Shown here one piece after another: positions 49,256 to 62,270 of a DNA stretch of 64,000 nt. Source of the DNA: Octopus sinensis (taxonomy: Eukaryota); assembly GCF_006345805.1 (NCBI RefSeq), contig NC_043000.1:56668001-56732000 (forward strand), written 5' to 3'. The translations under genes were made by a program, and so were the position numbers. A model generated the notes under the pieces. That model did no database searches. It was not told where the DNA came from and saw nothing but the letters and a program-made list of their open reading frames with translations. The stretch's first letter is position 1. Every line of letters starts with the position of its first letter.

Positions 49256-49679
49256 GTGTGTGTGTGTGTATATATATATGTATGTATATATATATATTTT
49301 TTTTCTTGTTTCAGCTCAGAGCTGCGGCCATGCTGATGCACATATATATATATATGAGTAGGAACAATCTGACACTAACAGCAACAAAGCAACAAAAATT
49401 AAGGTTAAAGAAGGAGTCAGCAAAAACAAAAGGAAAAAAATCACAAAATTTCATATATATATATAAGAACACACACACATACACACACAAATAACCCTTC
49501 AACCTACCACCGAAATAAAGAATTGATGCCAACAATAAGACAATGATTTCAAATAAAACCATAAGTAAAACACTTAGTGGAAATAAACACAGAACATACT
49601 ACGGATCTCAGACACACTGTACTACAAAGTTTAGTAGCATATGAAACCCATGATAGAGTCTTCACGGTTATATATGTGG

Positions 49680-50870
49680 TGCTAACTGTGTATGTGTTTG
49701 TGTGTGTATGATCTGTTGTAGAGGGCTTAGTGTAAGATCTATTGTATGTGTGCATGTGGGTATGTAAGGTCTATTGTGGATGTATATGTGTGTGGAATCT
49801 ACTGCATATGTGCAAACATGTGTGAGATTTAATGCATATATGTGTATGTAAGATTTGTGTGTATATACTTATGTAAGAGCTATTGTGTGTATGTGTGTGT
49901 GTGTGTAAAGTCTATTGTGGATGTATGTGTGTAAGATCTAACATGTGTATGTGAGATGTGTGTATGTACATACGTAAGAGCTATTGTGTGTGAATATGTA
50001 TGTTGGTTGTGTATGTGTGTATGTAAGGTCTACTGTGGATATGTGTAAAATCTACTGTGAGTGTTCATATATGTGTGAGATCCAACGTGTGTACATGTGT
50101 ATGTGTGATTTTTGTGTATGTACATATGTAAGAACTATTGTGTGTATGTGAGTATGTGTGTGTGAGTGTGTGTGTAAGAGCTATTGTGGATGTACGCGTG
50201 TGTAGAATCTACTGTGTATGCATATGGATGCATATGAGATCTAATGTGTATATATGTGAGATGTATTATGTGTGCATATGTGAGTTCTGTGTGTATGTGC
50301 ACATAGAGTATGTGTGTATGTACACATAGAGTATGTGTGTGTGTGTGTGTGTAAAGTCTACTGTGAATATATGTGTATGTAAAATCTTCTGTGAGTCTGC
50401 ATGTATGTGTGTGAGATCTAACATGTATGCATGTATGTGAGATTTTTGTGTATGTGCATATGTGAAATCTACTGTGTGTGATGTGACATTTATTGCCTGA
50501 GTGTATGCGAGATCTATTGTGTATGTTTGTGTGCATCTGAGATTTATTGTGCATATGTGAAACCTATTGTGTGTGTAGGCATGTGAGTGTGTGTGTACAT
50601 GTAAAATCTATTTGTGTGTACTTAAGAGCTAGTGCATGTGTATGTGAGACTTATTGTGTATGTATATGTGTATGCATGATCTATTGAGTGTGTACATTAT
50701 AGTGTGTGTATGTATGTGTAAATCTGTGATGGGTTTGTATGAGTAAGATTGACAGTGTGTTTATGTGAGCTCTATGATGAATGTGCAACAACTGGTGTGT
50801 GTGTGGGGGGAGTGTGTGTGGGGGGAGTGTGTGTGTAAGGTTTGTAGTTTATGTGTGTAAAATTTGTGTT
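49680..50870. repeat. Degenerate TG-rich minisatellite with AGATCTA(T/C)TGTG cores
   Basis: Core recurs about every 25-45 bp; an inverted relative (CACAGATCTT) occurs near 53330-53500. Confidence 0.75.
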
Positions 50871-50925
50871 GTGTTTATGTACAGTAAGCTCTATGGTCTA
50901 GCATGGTATCCTTAAGTTCTATGGT

Positions 50926-51150
50926 CAAGCTGGCAGAAGTGTTAGCATGCCGGGCGAAATGCTAAGCAGTATTTCGTCTGCCGCTACGTTCTGAGTTCAA
51001 AGTCCACCAAGGTCGACTTTACCTTTCATCCTTTCGGGGTCGATTAAATAAGTACCAGTTATGCACTGGGATCGATATAATTGACTTAATCCATTTGGCT
51101 GTCCTTGTTTGTCCTCTCTGTGTTTAGCCCTTGTGGGTAGTAAAGAAATA
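50926..51150 (+). mobile_element. SINE family A
   Basis: Family-A sequence. Confidence 0.9.
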
Positions 51151-51781
51151 GGTATATACGTGTCTGAAAACTGTAGGAAGGTGTAAGATCTATGGTTGTA
51201 TGTGTAAGATGTAAAATCTGTATGTGTGTGTGCAAGATTAGTGGTGTGTGGCATTTGTAACTTCAATAGCATGTGTGCATGTGTGTTCGTGCATGTGCAT
51301 GTGTGTGTGTGTGTGCATGTGAGTGTGTGTGTGTGAGTGTGCGCGCGTGTGTGTGTCTGTGTGTGTGTGCTCGATGTCTGTGAATATATCTATGTATGAT
51401 AGGAAAAGATAGTTTTATCACCCACAGACTGCAGAACATACACGCTGCACACCACAAACTTCACACGCACAAGCAATATACACACCACAGTTTTTTCTCT
51501 CTTTCTATCTATCTATCTATCTTACTATCTCTGTCTCTCTCACAAACACACCATTGAAGTTACACAAACATCACAGATTTTATACACAAATGCAGATCTT
51601 GGATTCATACACACCACAGAAATTAAACACACCATACCACACTATAGATCTTACATAAACACACCAGCGACTTCTCTCTCTCTCTCTCTCTTTCTCACAC
51701 AAACACACGTATACACACACATGATCGTAAACACATACATGACAGAACTTACAAATATACAGTTTGTCTGAGCTAAATTTG

Positions 51782-52088
51782 TTTGTTTTGTTCCATCTCG
51801 AGCCACGCCTGGCTCATAAGTGCTGGTTTCCCAGTTTCCTTGGTGCATAGGTTCCCCACCTGGATGGGACGCTGGTCCATTGCAGGTGAGCCACAAGATG
51901 CAGGAGAAAGAGGGAGAGAAAGTTGTAGCAAAAGCGTCAGCAGAGGTTCGCCATTACCTTCTGCTGGAGCTGCATAGAGCTTAGGTGTTTCGCTCATAAA
52001 CACACACATTGCCTGGTCTGAGATTCGAACCCGCAATCCCTCAACCACAAGTCCGCTGCTCTAACCACAAGGCCATGTGCCTCCACTG
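51782..52088 (-). mobile_element. tRNA-derived SINE (family D-like) inserted in the maT TIR
   Basis: Minus head GGAGGCACATGGCCTTGTGGTTAG..GGTTCGAATC; TSD-like GAGCTAAATTT / GGGCTATATTT. Confidence 0.75.
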
Positions 52089-52793
52089 GGCTATATTTGA
52101 CAGTTTGCAGAAAAGGAAAAGAAAACACAATACCCAATCCAAAAATAAAAGTATTTTTAAAAAGTCAAAAAATATCAACTAGTTTATGGCTGGGAGATAA
52201 GAGTTTACATAAAATAACTACCCACAGCTTCCACCACAGCCTCAACACAGCTCCAGAACTTGGTACATGTATTCTTCACTGCATCCCTGTAAAGACCTTA
52301 AAACACCTTCTTGATGCATGCGGGGAAGTTGGTGTCTTTCTCAATTGTACCCCACACACAGCAATCCATAGGATTATAATCAGGGAAATTAGGAGGCTAG
52401 AAATTAGGGCTGGTGAAGTTGTGGAAATTGTCCGACAACTATTTCTGACTCTGCTACAACATATATGGCCATCCAGCAGCAACCCTCTCCATCCATGGCT
52501 TGACCACAGTCTCCAGCAGCTGCACATAACCATCTGAATTGAGCCTAAGGCTCTGTTCCTGCAGCTGTTGGGTGAATTCTAAAATGCTGTCAGAATGCCT
52601 GCTATGGTCCCTTCCTACTGGACACAATTTTGTAGTCTCTGTCACAGCTATCCATGTCATGTCTTACAGCCTTTACAATGTTCACAAAGCATTGAGAAAC
52701 AGTCGTGATGTCAGCATTTTGATACCCAGGGTGAATCATTGTAATACAAGTAACTCCTTTCCAATATTCAGATGGTTTCTAGTCTTCCATGTC

Positions 52794-53181
52794 GTGGAGG
52801 CGCAATGGCCCAGTGGTTAGGGCAGCGGACTCGCGGTCGTAGGATCGCGGTTTCGATTCCTAGACCAGGCGTTGTGAGTGTTTATTGAGCGAAAACACCT
52901 AAAGCTCCACGAGGCTCCGGCAGGGATGGTGGTGATCCCTGCTGTACTCTTTCACCACAACTTTCTCTCACTCTTACTTCCTGTTTCTGTTGTACCTGTA
53001 TTTCAAAGGGCCGGCCTTATCACTCTCTGTGTCATGCTGAATATCCCCGAGAACTACGTTAAGGGTACACGTGTCTGTGGAGTGCTCAGCCACTTACACG
53101 TTAATTTCACGAGCAGGCTGTTCCGTTGAACGGTTCAACCGGAACCCTCGTCGTCGTAACCGATGGAGTGCTTCCACCACC
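52794..53181 (+). mobile_element. tRNA-derived SINE family D, intact, 13-bp TSD
   Basis: AGTCTTCCATGTC at 52781-52793 and 53182-53194; A-box TGGCCCAGTGG, B-box GTTTCGATTCC. Confidence 0.92.
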
Positions 53182-53846
53182 AGTCTTCCATGTCAGCTAA
53201 TTTTTTTCTCAACTACAACTTTAATCGTTAGGCTCTCCAACATCATTGACTGTACACCAATACATCAAGCTATTCCTGAATAAAGGATACGTAAAAAATT
53301 GTCAGATTTATCTTGAGCACCGTGTACACACACAAACACACACAAAAACAGATCTTACATGCCCCAAAGACAGATTTTACACAACATACCACAGATCTTA
53401 AACATACACACAAAATACCAGAAGTCTTACTCAAACCATACTGTAGTTGTTAAACACACACATAGATCTTAATTATCACCCCACAGATCTTCATCCCACA
53501 TCACACATTTTACACGTACACACCTGAGAAAATGTTTTTAAAAAATGCAGAAATATACAAGCAAAACAATGCTAACAAACCAAACTCAATATAAGATACT
53601 GGTGCATTGAGAATAGAAACAGAACTCCTTCTTTCCCACATACATACATTAATGCATGCACACACAGTCACAATTACATATACATACACACACACACATA
53701 CACACACATGCACACGGATGTACATGCACATACACACAAATATGCAATCAAAATTTCCTTATGTAACATGGGGGACTGTGCTGTGTTAACATGGATGACA
53801 TTCAAGTCATTTGCATGGCTTCAAAAGAAAAGAAAAGAAAGAGCAA

Positions 53847-53847
<1 letters not shown>

Positions 53848-53893
<46 letters not shown>

Positions 53894-53914
53894 TATCGTT
53901 ATTATTATTATTAT

Positions 53915-53960
<46 letters not shown>

Positions 53961-53990
53961 GGTGGTGGTGGTGGTGGTGGTGGTGGTGGC

Positions 53991-54030
<40 letters not shown>

Positions 54031-54050
54031 TGAGGAGGAGGAGGAGGAGG
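53848..54050. repeat. Compound trinucleotide array (TAA)(TTA)(TAG)(TGG)(TAG)(GAG)
   Basis: Direct reading. Confidence 0.95.
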
Positions 54051-54345
54051 AAAAGGAGAGCATGCAAAATTGAAACAAAAAATATAAGATAATGGTAAAA
54101 ATTGAATTGGCAGTGACGATGCAATCTCCTAACCAAACATATATATACCCCTCCAATGCCATCCACCTTCCATTTCCCCCATTCCTAGTTCTCTTTTTTA
54201 CTTTTTAATTTGTCTTTATTTTCTTTCCTACCCTTCATTTATTATTATTATTGTTGTTGTTGTTGTTATCAATATTATTATTTGATAAATAAATGTAAGG
54301 GAGTGTGCAATGTGTTAAAAGAGAGACAAAACCAGAAAACACACA

Positions 54346-54379
<34 letters not shown>

Positions 54380-54508
54380 TCACACACACACACACTCACA
54401 CAGAGGAAAAAGGGTAAACTAAGAAAATGAAATAAGAAAATAATGATGATGATGATGATGATGATTACTGTTAAAAATAAGTGAAAAAATTTATTAAAAT
54501 AGATATTT

Positions 54509-54543
<35 letters not shown>

Positions 54544-54674
54544 GCATGTGTATGTGTGTGTGTGTGCATACATGAATGTATGAATGTGTGTCAGTGAGTC
54601 TAAGTCCAGTTAGGAGGCAAGCAGAATTTCCAATGCAAAATACTATTTATTACCATTTGCTTTCAATGAAATGG

Positions 54675-54707
<33 letters not shown>

Positions 54708-55339
54708 TGTTGTTGTTGTTGTTGTTGTTGTTGTTTTTGTAGAACCAAATTCCTCAAGGTGATGATGTCTTGGAGGATAAATGTGTTGTGAAGAAAAGGA
54801 AAATGGAAAACATAGTTTCAATAAAAAAAAAATTGATAATAATAACAATAATAATAATAATAATAATGAAACAGAAGGGATGGTCAAATTTAGAGGTAAT
54901 AGTTAAAAGTCCCCACCCACCCCATCCTCCCAAAGGATGCACTAGAATGACAAGCACAAAATTGTTAACAAGATAGAAGATGGAAGCATATATTTGTAAA
55001 TGCAAAATTCATTTCAAAATCTGGAAGTAAAAAAAAGAAAATTTCTGTTTAACTGACATTTGAAAAGAGAAATTCTTGTCATGTTTACAGGAAATGAGGG
55101 TTCAAATCCCACAGGCAGTCTTGACATGTTTTCTATCCAAAGGGTTTTTTTTTACCCAACATGTACCCGCTATTATTCATGGCATTATCTCTTCAGGTTA
55201 AACCATTCCGAAAAAGAATTATCTAATAATCTTGATGCTAGAGAAGCAAAATGAGTGCATGAGTATGGAACTGAACTGCAAAATTGTAAAATGGTAAGAT
55301 CAAATTTCGTGCAGTAGCTTCACTATCTTCTATCTTTTA

Positions 55340-55549
55340 TGAGGGGGTGCTGAAAAGTTCCTGGCTTTGAGTAAAAGAAAATACAGCAGGATTAGTTAAC
55401 TATGATTTTATTTGACATATTCCCCTCTCAGATTTATTGCAGAAGTCCTTCAGTTTTTCTAAAGTCCTGTAAAAGAACTCAGAAGGTTAGGCCCCCAACC
55501 AGGCCGTTTGTGATACCCTTAAAGCCAGGAGTTTTTCAGCACACCTTCA
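55340..55549. mobile_element. mariner-derived MITE, 210 bp
   Basis: TA|TGAGGGGGTGCTGAAAAGTTCCTGGCTTT ... AAAGCCAGGAGTTTTTCAGCACACCTTCA|TA. Confidence 0.9.
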
Positions 55550-55753
55550 TACTTAATTCAGTAAGTGGACTGTGGCCATGATGTAGCATTGCGCTGAAGG
55601 GGTTAGATAAACAAATAAACCTCAGTACTTATTTTATCTAATTATATCAGTCTTTTTCTGAACTGCTAAGTTACAGGGACATCAAGAAATCATTAGCAGT
55701 TGTCAAGCAATGTAGGGGAGGACAAAGACATACACAAACATATATATATATAT

Positions 55754-55845
<92 letters not shown>

Positions 55846-55851
55846 ATAAAA

Positions 55852-56077
55852 GCGGTGAGCTGGCAGAATCGTTAGCACACCAGGTGAGATGCTTTCTGGT
55901 ATTTCGTCTGCCACTGCGTTCTGAGTTCAAATTCTGCCATGGTCGACTTTACCTCCTTTCGGGGTCAATAAATTAAGTACCAGTGACGCACTGGGGTCGA
56001 TGTAATCGACTTAATCCATTTATCTGTACTTGTTTGTCCCCTCTATGTTTAGCTCCTTGTGGGCAATAAAGAAATAA
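55852..56077 (+). mobile_element. SINE family A within a (TA)n tract
   Basis: Family-A sequence; ACAAACATATATATATA present on both sides. Confidence 0.9.
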
Positions 56078-56079
56078 CA

Positions 56080-56117
<38 letters not shown>

Positions 56118-56119
<2 letters not shown>

Positions 56120-56650
56120 GGGTGTTTAGGCTAAATTTGACAGTTTGCATAAAAGGAAAAGAAAGCACAATATCCCATCCCAAAATAAAAGTATTTTTAA
56201 AAAATCAAAATATATCGACTAGATTATGGCTGGGAGATAACAGTTTATTCAAAGAAGCTACCCTCAGCTTCCACCAAAATCTCAAAATGGCTCCAGAACC
56301 TGGAACATGCATTCATCACTGTGTCCTTGAGTAAATCATCAAACACCTCCTTCATCTTGGCCACCAGCTCTGCATTGGTGCTGCATGCAGTTGGTATCTT
56401 TCTCAACCATACCCTACACATAGTAATCCATGGGATTACAAATGGGGAGCCAGGTGGCCTAAAATTGCAGCTGGCAAAGTTGTGGAAATTTCCCAACAAC
56501 CACAGCTGACACTTTCCAGGGATAAGGCAAGGAGCTGAATCCTGATGTCACACATATGGTTCTCTAGCAGAAACTCTCTCCAGCCAGGGTTTAGCCACAG
56601 TCTGAATTGAGCCTAAGACCCTATTTATCAGTTGTTAGATGAACTCCAGC
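56118..56650 (-). mobile_element. DD37D (maT-like) 3' fragment, paralogous to 52090-52560
   Basis: ORF 56245-56499: IPTACSTNAELVAKMKEVFDDL..CSRFWSHFEILVEAEGSFFE; shared TIR-adjacent sequence. Confidence 0.8.
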
Positions 56651-56695
56651 CTGCGGAGTTTCATTCGATATGTGTGTGTGTATATATATATACAT

Positions 56696-56850
56696 GATAG
56701 GCTTCTTTCAGTTTCCGTCAACAAAATCTACTCACAAAGCTTTGGTCAGCCCAAGGCTATAGTGGAAGACATTTGTTCAAAGTGCCATGCAGTGGGACTG
56801 AGCCTGGAACCATGTGGTTGGGAAGCAAGCTTCTTACTACACAAGCTTGA
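56696..56850 (-). mobile_element. SINE family C, 5' part
   Basis: Reverse complement of the family-C head. Confidence 0.75.
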
Positions 56851-56854
56851 GCCC

Positions 56855-56885
<31 letters not shown>

Positions 56886-56938
56886 ATATATATTGTTATA
56901 TTTCGGAATGGTCATATTGCACAACAAATATTTAAACG

Positions 56939-57003
<65 letters not shown>

Positions 57004-57023
57004 CATATACATAAGTATATATA

Positions 57024-57876
57024 CAGAGTGCTGTAAATAAACTGACATCTCATTTTAACAGATATATTTACCAAAATTACATAAAAATATTTTGAATTAC
57101 TTAAGAAAAAATTTATTCAATAAAATTGCCATTAGCTTCAACCATGGCCTCCAAATGACTTCAGAATCTCTTGCAACTCTTCTGGACAGTCTTCTTGTTT
57201 AAGATGATGAATGCTGCCATAATCCTTGCCTTCAAGATCATCTTTGGTTTTACAAGGAATTTTTGGTCTTTCATTCAACTGTGCCCCACATATAATAATC
57301 AAGAGGGGTTGCAGTATGGACAGTTAGGTGCCCAGATGTTAGGGGTGGTGTGGTCGCAGAAATTGTCTGACAGCCATGACTGGGTTCTCCTGCTTGTGTG
57401 GCATGGTGCAGAGCCCTGTTGCCAGACATAGGTTCTTCCAGCAGCCACTTTCTTGATCCAGAGCAGCACTACCTGTCCAGGCACTTGATGTAGGCCTCCA
57501 TGTTGAGTCTGAGGTTGTGTGAGAAGATGAATGGAGGCATATCGCCCTCACTAGTGATCACTCCAAACACCACGATATTGACTGGATATTTGATTTTTAT
57601 CACTTACGGTACATGTCCTCAGGTTGCACTGTCTTCAGATTGACACCCAAACACTTTGAAATGTTTGTGTTGGAGCTTCTGGCACAAATGCCAAGCAGCA
57701 CAGCATGTTGTTTCCAATTTTCTGGCAGAGTGAATTGTGTCATGGTGCTGTTTTTCTCACAGACATTGCCCAAATGACCCTACTATACTGTGTAGTTGAC
57801 AAGATAAAAAAAAAACAATGCGCATGCATAAAATAAAAAATATAAAATAGCGACAATTTACCCATTGCACCCAGTG
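57024..57876 (-). mobile_element. Second DD37D (maT-like) family, internally deleted
   Basis: WQQGSAPCHTSRRTQSWLSDNFCDHTTPNIWAPNCPYCNP (ORF 57299-57484); TIR-like ends. Confidence 0.75.
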
Positions 57877-57888
57877 TGTGTGTGTGTG

Positions 57889-57979
<91 letters not shown>

Positions 57980-57985
57980 TATACA

Positions 57986-58150
57986 TGATGGGCTTCCACA
58001 CAACTTCTGTCTAATAGATTTATATTCACTGGGTATGGTTTTGTCTGGCACTATAGTAGAAGACACTTGCTCAAGGTGCTGCACAGTGGGACTGAACCCA
58101 AAACCATGTGGTCACAAAGCAAGCTTCTTAACCACACCGCCATGCCTGCA
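57986..58150 (-). mobile_element. SINE family C, 5' part
   Basis: Reverse complement of the family-C head. Confidence 0.7.
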
Positions 58151-59476
58151 CTTGTCTACTTGTGCAGGGAAGTTTATTCTTCAAATCACTTTGATCATTG
58201 TTATCATTATTTAGTCCCACATTGTCTCTGGTTGAGGAGACCAATGACCCAAGAATGTTCCATCCTTGGGTATCCTACTTTTTTTTAGATACAGGGTACC
58301 TTCAACTACATTGAATTACATGTACAATGTTTCCCTTTTCTAAATATAGTAGTGTATAATTTGAGAAAGATTTAGCATCTATTTCTAGCAAGTTTAGAAA
58401 AGGTCTCTCTCTCCTTGGCTAAAAGAGACAATTGAAACAACAGGTGGCAGGAGCAGCAATAGTTATAGTCGCAACAGTAGTGATGGTGAGGAAGGTGGTA
58501 GTGGTGGTGGTGGTGGCAATGGTAGTGGTTGCGGCAATGGTGGTGATGGCGATGATGGTGGTGGTAGCAGCGATGGTGGAGGTAGTGATTTTGGTCAAGT
58601 TTGTTGTTGTTGTCATGAATCTTCTGACAATAGTGATGATGATGATCATGATAACAATGGTGCTAATGAAGATATTAATGCCAATAAGATATTGATGCCA
58701 AAACCAAAAAGAGAAATGACAATAACAACACCAGCCCTGAAGGCAAGAATATAGCTATCAAAGAAGATAGCTCAAGTAAGATGCCTGACAGTTAGTTTAA
58801 CCCTTTCGTGACAATATTTCAAATGAAATAAACACTGTCCTTGTGTTTCAATTAATTTCGAAAATAATCAAGAATTTGGTAAATTTAATAAAATCACTGA
58901 CGTTTTCATTATTAAGCTGGAGTTCAAATCATGAAAGATTTTTTTTTTATTTCTATACTTAAAATTATAATGGAAGAGTGAAATTTAAATTTGAACACTC
59001 TAAAATCAGAGGTTTTGTATTATAAAACCAGAGACTATTACCTGCAGCTTGATATCAAAAGTGTTAATCAACCTACTCTATTAGATTAAGCAAATGCCAG
59101 AAGGATGGAACTATGCCTGCTGGAAAAGAAAAATTACTAATCAGGGAATGATTTGTATATCATGAGAAATAAAAATAAAGGGAGATGGAATTTGAAAGAA
59201 AGTATTGCTTTGCTTGAAAATAGTGGAAGGTTGGCAACAGGAAAGGTATCCCAGTCATAGGAAATCAGCTTCAGAATAGTGCATTGGCAGGATTGTAAGA
59301 ACATCAGATTGGATGCCTTGCAAAGTTTATTTTAGCTTTTTGCATTCTGAGTTCAAATCCCACAATGGCCTGTAAGACTTAATGAATGTAATTCCAGAAG
59401 TATTTAAGAGACATTATTTTGATATTGTTCCTGTAGTAAGCTATGAAATTTTTACTTTCTCTCAATTTCCTGTAAT

Positions 59477-59749
59477 TCAGACTGCCTCATGATGCTGGCA
59501 GACAAAATGGAAAAGGCTGGCAAGGGAGATGCACTGGAACAACCTCTCAGACTCATGGGGCTGACACTTGCAGACAGCCATCTCCACCCCAACAGCAGTG
59601 AGCAGGGATATGGTCTGTGGGCTGAGAATGCCAGAGATCTCCACTGCCACAGGTTCAAACATAAACCTGTTAGAGAATGACTGATACTTTGACAAAAGTC
59701 TTAATTCTTCATCCAGTTCAAAACTATCACCTGACATTTTGGTACACAT
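59477..59749 (-). pseudogene. Restriction-like endonuclease C-terminus of an RLE-type (CRE/NeSL-like) non-LTR element
   Basis: SKYQSFSNRFMFEPVAVEISG..PHESERLFQCISLA fits the KYxxL..F.PxAxETxG..LxQRxSxA pattern. Confidence 0.6.
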
Positions 59750-59752
59750 TAA

Positions 59753-60354
59753 CCCTTTATTATTCAGATTATTCTGTCGAAAGTAATGCTTATTTATTCA
59801 CTTTGTTTTGAATTAATCATGCATTATAGGCGTAGGAGTGGCTGAGTGGTAAGTAGCTTGCTTACCAACCACATGGTTCCGGGTTCAGTCCCACTGCGTG
59901 GAACCTTGGGCAAGTTTCTTCTACTATAGCCTCAGGCCGACCAAAGCCTTGTGAGTAGATTTGGTAGACGGAAACTGAAAGAAGCTCGTCGTATATATGT
60001 ATGTGTGTGTGTATATGTTTATGTGTCTGTGTTTGTCCACCCAACATCACTTGACAGCCGATGCTGGTGTGTTTACATCCCCATAACTTAGCAGTTCAGC
60101 TAAAGATACCAATAAAATAAGTACTAGGCTTACTGGGTCAATTTGCTTGACTAGAGGCGGTGCTTCAGCATGGCCACAGCCAAATGACTGAAACAAGTAA
60201 AAGAGTATCTTATAGCTTTGAGATTTTGATGAGGTAACTATTTATTTTCAGAATGACATTCTAGGGCTGGTGTGAAAGGCTAGATCTGGACAATTTGAAC
60301 ATAAAACAAGTTGAATGTTTTTATTTGGAAATGGCCAGTTTAAATGCTAAAGTG
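59753..60354. mobile_element. piggyBac-type MITE split by a family-C SINE
   Basis: TTAA|CCCTTTATTATT ... AATGCTAAAGTG|TTGA; halves match 17779-18232. Confidence 0.75.
59829..60207 (+). mobile_element. SINE family C, full length, nested
   Basis: Matches 11282-11700 end to end. Confidence 0.9.
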
Positions 60355-60751
60355 TTGATAGAGTCCACTTTGTCACAAGCATTCAGGGCAGGTTTCTGAT
60401 TTAAGGACTCTTTCTTTCCTCACTCCTTCCCACCAATCTCAAAGGACCTGTAAAGTGTCACAAGCACTGCTTTTCTTTCTGGCTAAAAGCTCCTAGTTTT
60501 AAAATTAGTACATCATTCTGTATGTATAGGACCTACTGTACCTCACCTATATACATATAGCAAATGCCATACTTCTTATCATAACATTCAATTAACAGCT
60601 TTAATATCTCACTACTAAAAGCATGGAATAGCCCAAAGCTGTATTTAAAAAGCTGTATCACTCATTCCCTCACAGGTAGGAATGGGCAATCAAAATACAG
60701 TGCCTTGTCTGGAGTAACTTTATAGTTATTTTAATATCAAAATTCATACTA

Positions 60752-60965
60752 AGGTGGCAAGCTGACAGAATCATTAGCATACCAAGCAAAAGACTTAGTG
60801 ATATTTCACCCATCTTTATGTTCTGAGCTCAAATTCAACCATGGTCAATTATGCCTTTCATCCTTTTGGGGGTCTATAAAATAAGTACCAATCAAGCACT
60901 GGGATAGATGTTATCGACTAGCCCCTTCCTTCAAACTTACTGGCATTGTGCCAAAATTTGAAATC
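60752..60965 (+). mobile_element. SINE family A-like variant
   Basis: Similar to 46355-46560. Confidence 0.75.
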
Positions 60966-61049
60966 AGTATCAAAACTCGTACTTCTTGTATTTTGCATGC
61001 ATATTACATTACATTATGCTTAAGGATCAAGCATTATATTAATGCATCA

Positions 61050-61450
61050 TAGGCAGAAAAGTGGCAGTGAGAGAAGAAGTTTGTTTCCCAACCACATGGT
61101 TTTGGGTTCAGTCCCACAGCATGGCAACTTGGGCAAGTGTCTTCTACAATAATCTTAGGCCAACCAAAACCTTATGAGTGGATTTGATAGACAGGAACTG
61201 AAAGAAGTTATGTGCATATGTGCGTGCATGTCACTGTCTCCTTGCCTTAATATTACCTAACAGATGTAAGCAAGTGTCTCCTACATGCCAACAATTGCCT
61301 TCATTTCCAATCTTCCATGGAAACATGTCTCATCAAAGAGAAATATTACCTTACTTCGAAACAGTTTGAGTGTTGGTAGCAGGAAAGACATCCAGTCATA
61401 AAAAATCTGCCTCAACTAATTCTATCTGGCCCATGAAAACATGGAAAAGT
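61050..61450 (+). mobile_element. SINE family C variant
   Basis: Family-C head; 3' half similar to 25600-25830. Confidence 0.65.
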
Positions 61451-61500
61451 GGACATTAAAATGAGGACAAAATGATCATACCTAACCATAACCTCAAAAT

Positions 61501-61811
61501 CACCATGTTCACTGTGACCGACCAGGCTATCAGATGTTCATACACATCACTGGTCACAATGCGCTTCACATTGTTTTAGCCTTCAAATGACACCACCCCG
61601 CTGGCTAAGTGAGCAGGCCAACAGAAGAAAGAGTGAGAGAAAGTTGTGGCGAAAGAGTACAGCAGGGATCACCACCACCCTCTACCGGAGCCTCGTGGAG
61701 CTTTAGGTGTTTTCGTTCAATAAACACTCACAACACCTGGCCTGGGAATCAAAACCATGATCCTACAACCACGAATCTGCTGCCCTAACCACTGGGCCAT
61801 TGCATCTCCAC
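61501..61811 (-). mobile_element. SINE family D, 11-bp TSD
   Basis: AACCTCAAAAT on both sides; 5' half is the reverse complement of 52794-52970. Confidence 0.85.
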
Positions 61812-61879
61812 AACCTCAAAATACTAGACTATATTACAAAAACATCAGGATGAAAAATCTCATTAACATATGAAGTCCC

Positions 61880-62270
61880 AAATTTGCAAGATATGGAATG
61901 TACTTCAGACAGTACTACATCCAATGTGATACAGGAATTTCAGTGTAAAGAAGAAAGTTGTAAACTTCTTAACTCAAACTGTTCCATCAGACACACACGG
62001 AAAACACTTTCTCATTGGTTGATCATGAATTCACAACAAGGGGCCATTGCAATATATTATATTATAGTACATAAAACAAAATTAAATTTTAAAAGATCAA
62101 TAGTTGCCAGTACTACTATCCTATATAAATTTCTGGAAAAAAAATGAGGCAGATTAACTATGGGAGCTCTGTTAAGAACAAAATATGACACATGTGAAAA
62201 TCTAAGAGGAGTTAACTCTTGAATAATTTTAAATCTGGCATTGATGACTTTTATCTATCATAACAGCATT
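61880..62270 (+). mobile_element. Decayed CR1/L2-like LINE 3' end
   Basis: FSLVDHEFTTRGH and NNFKSGIDDF fragments resemble the TRGH...FKxxLDxFL terminus. Confidence 0.35.

Larger units (their letters stand above)
51760..53324 (-). mobile_element. DD37D (maT-like) transposon remnant with two nested SINEs
   Basis: TA-flanked ends CAGTTTGTCTGAGCTAAATTT and GTCAGATTTATCTTGAGCACCGTG; minus translation VKPWMERVAAG and PPNFPDYNPMDCCVWGTIEKDTN. Confidence 0.75.
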
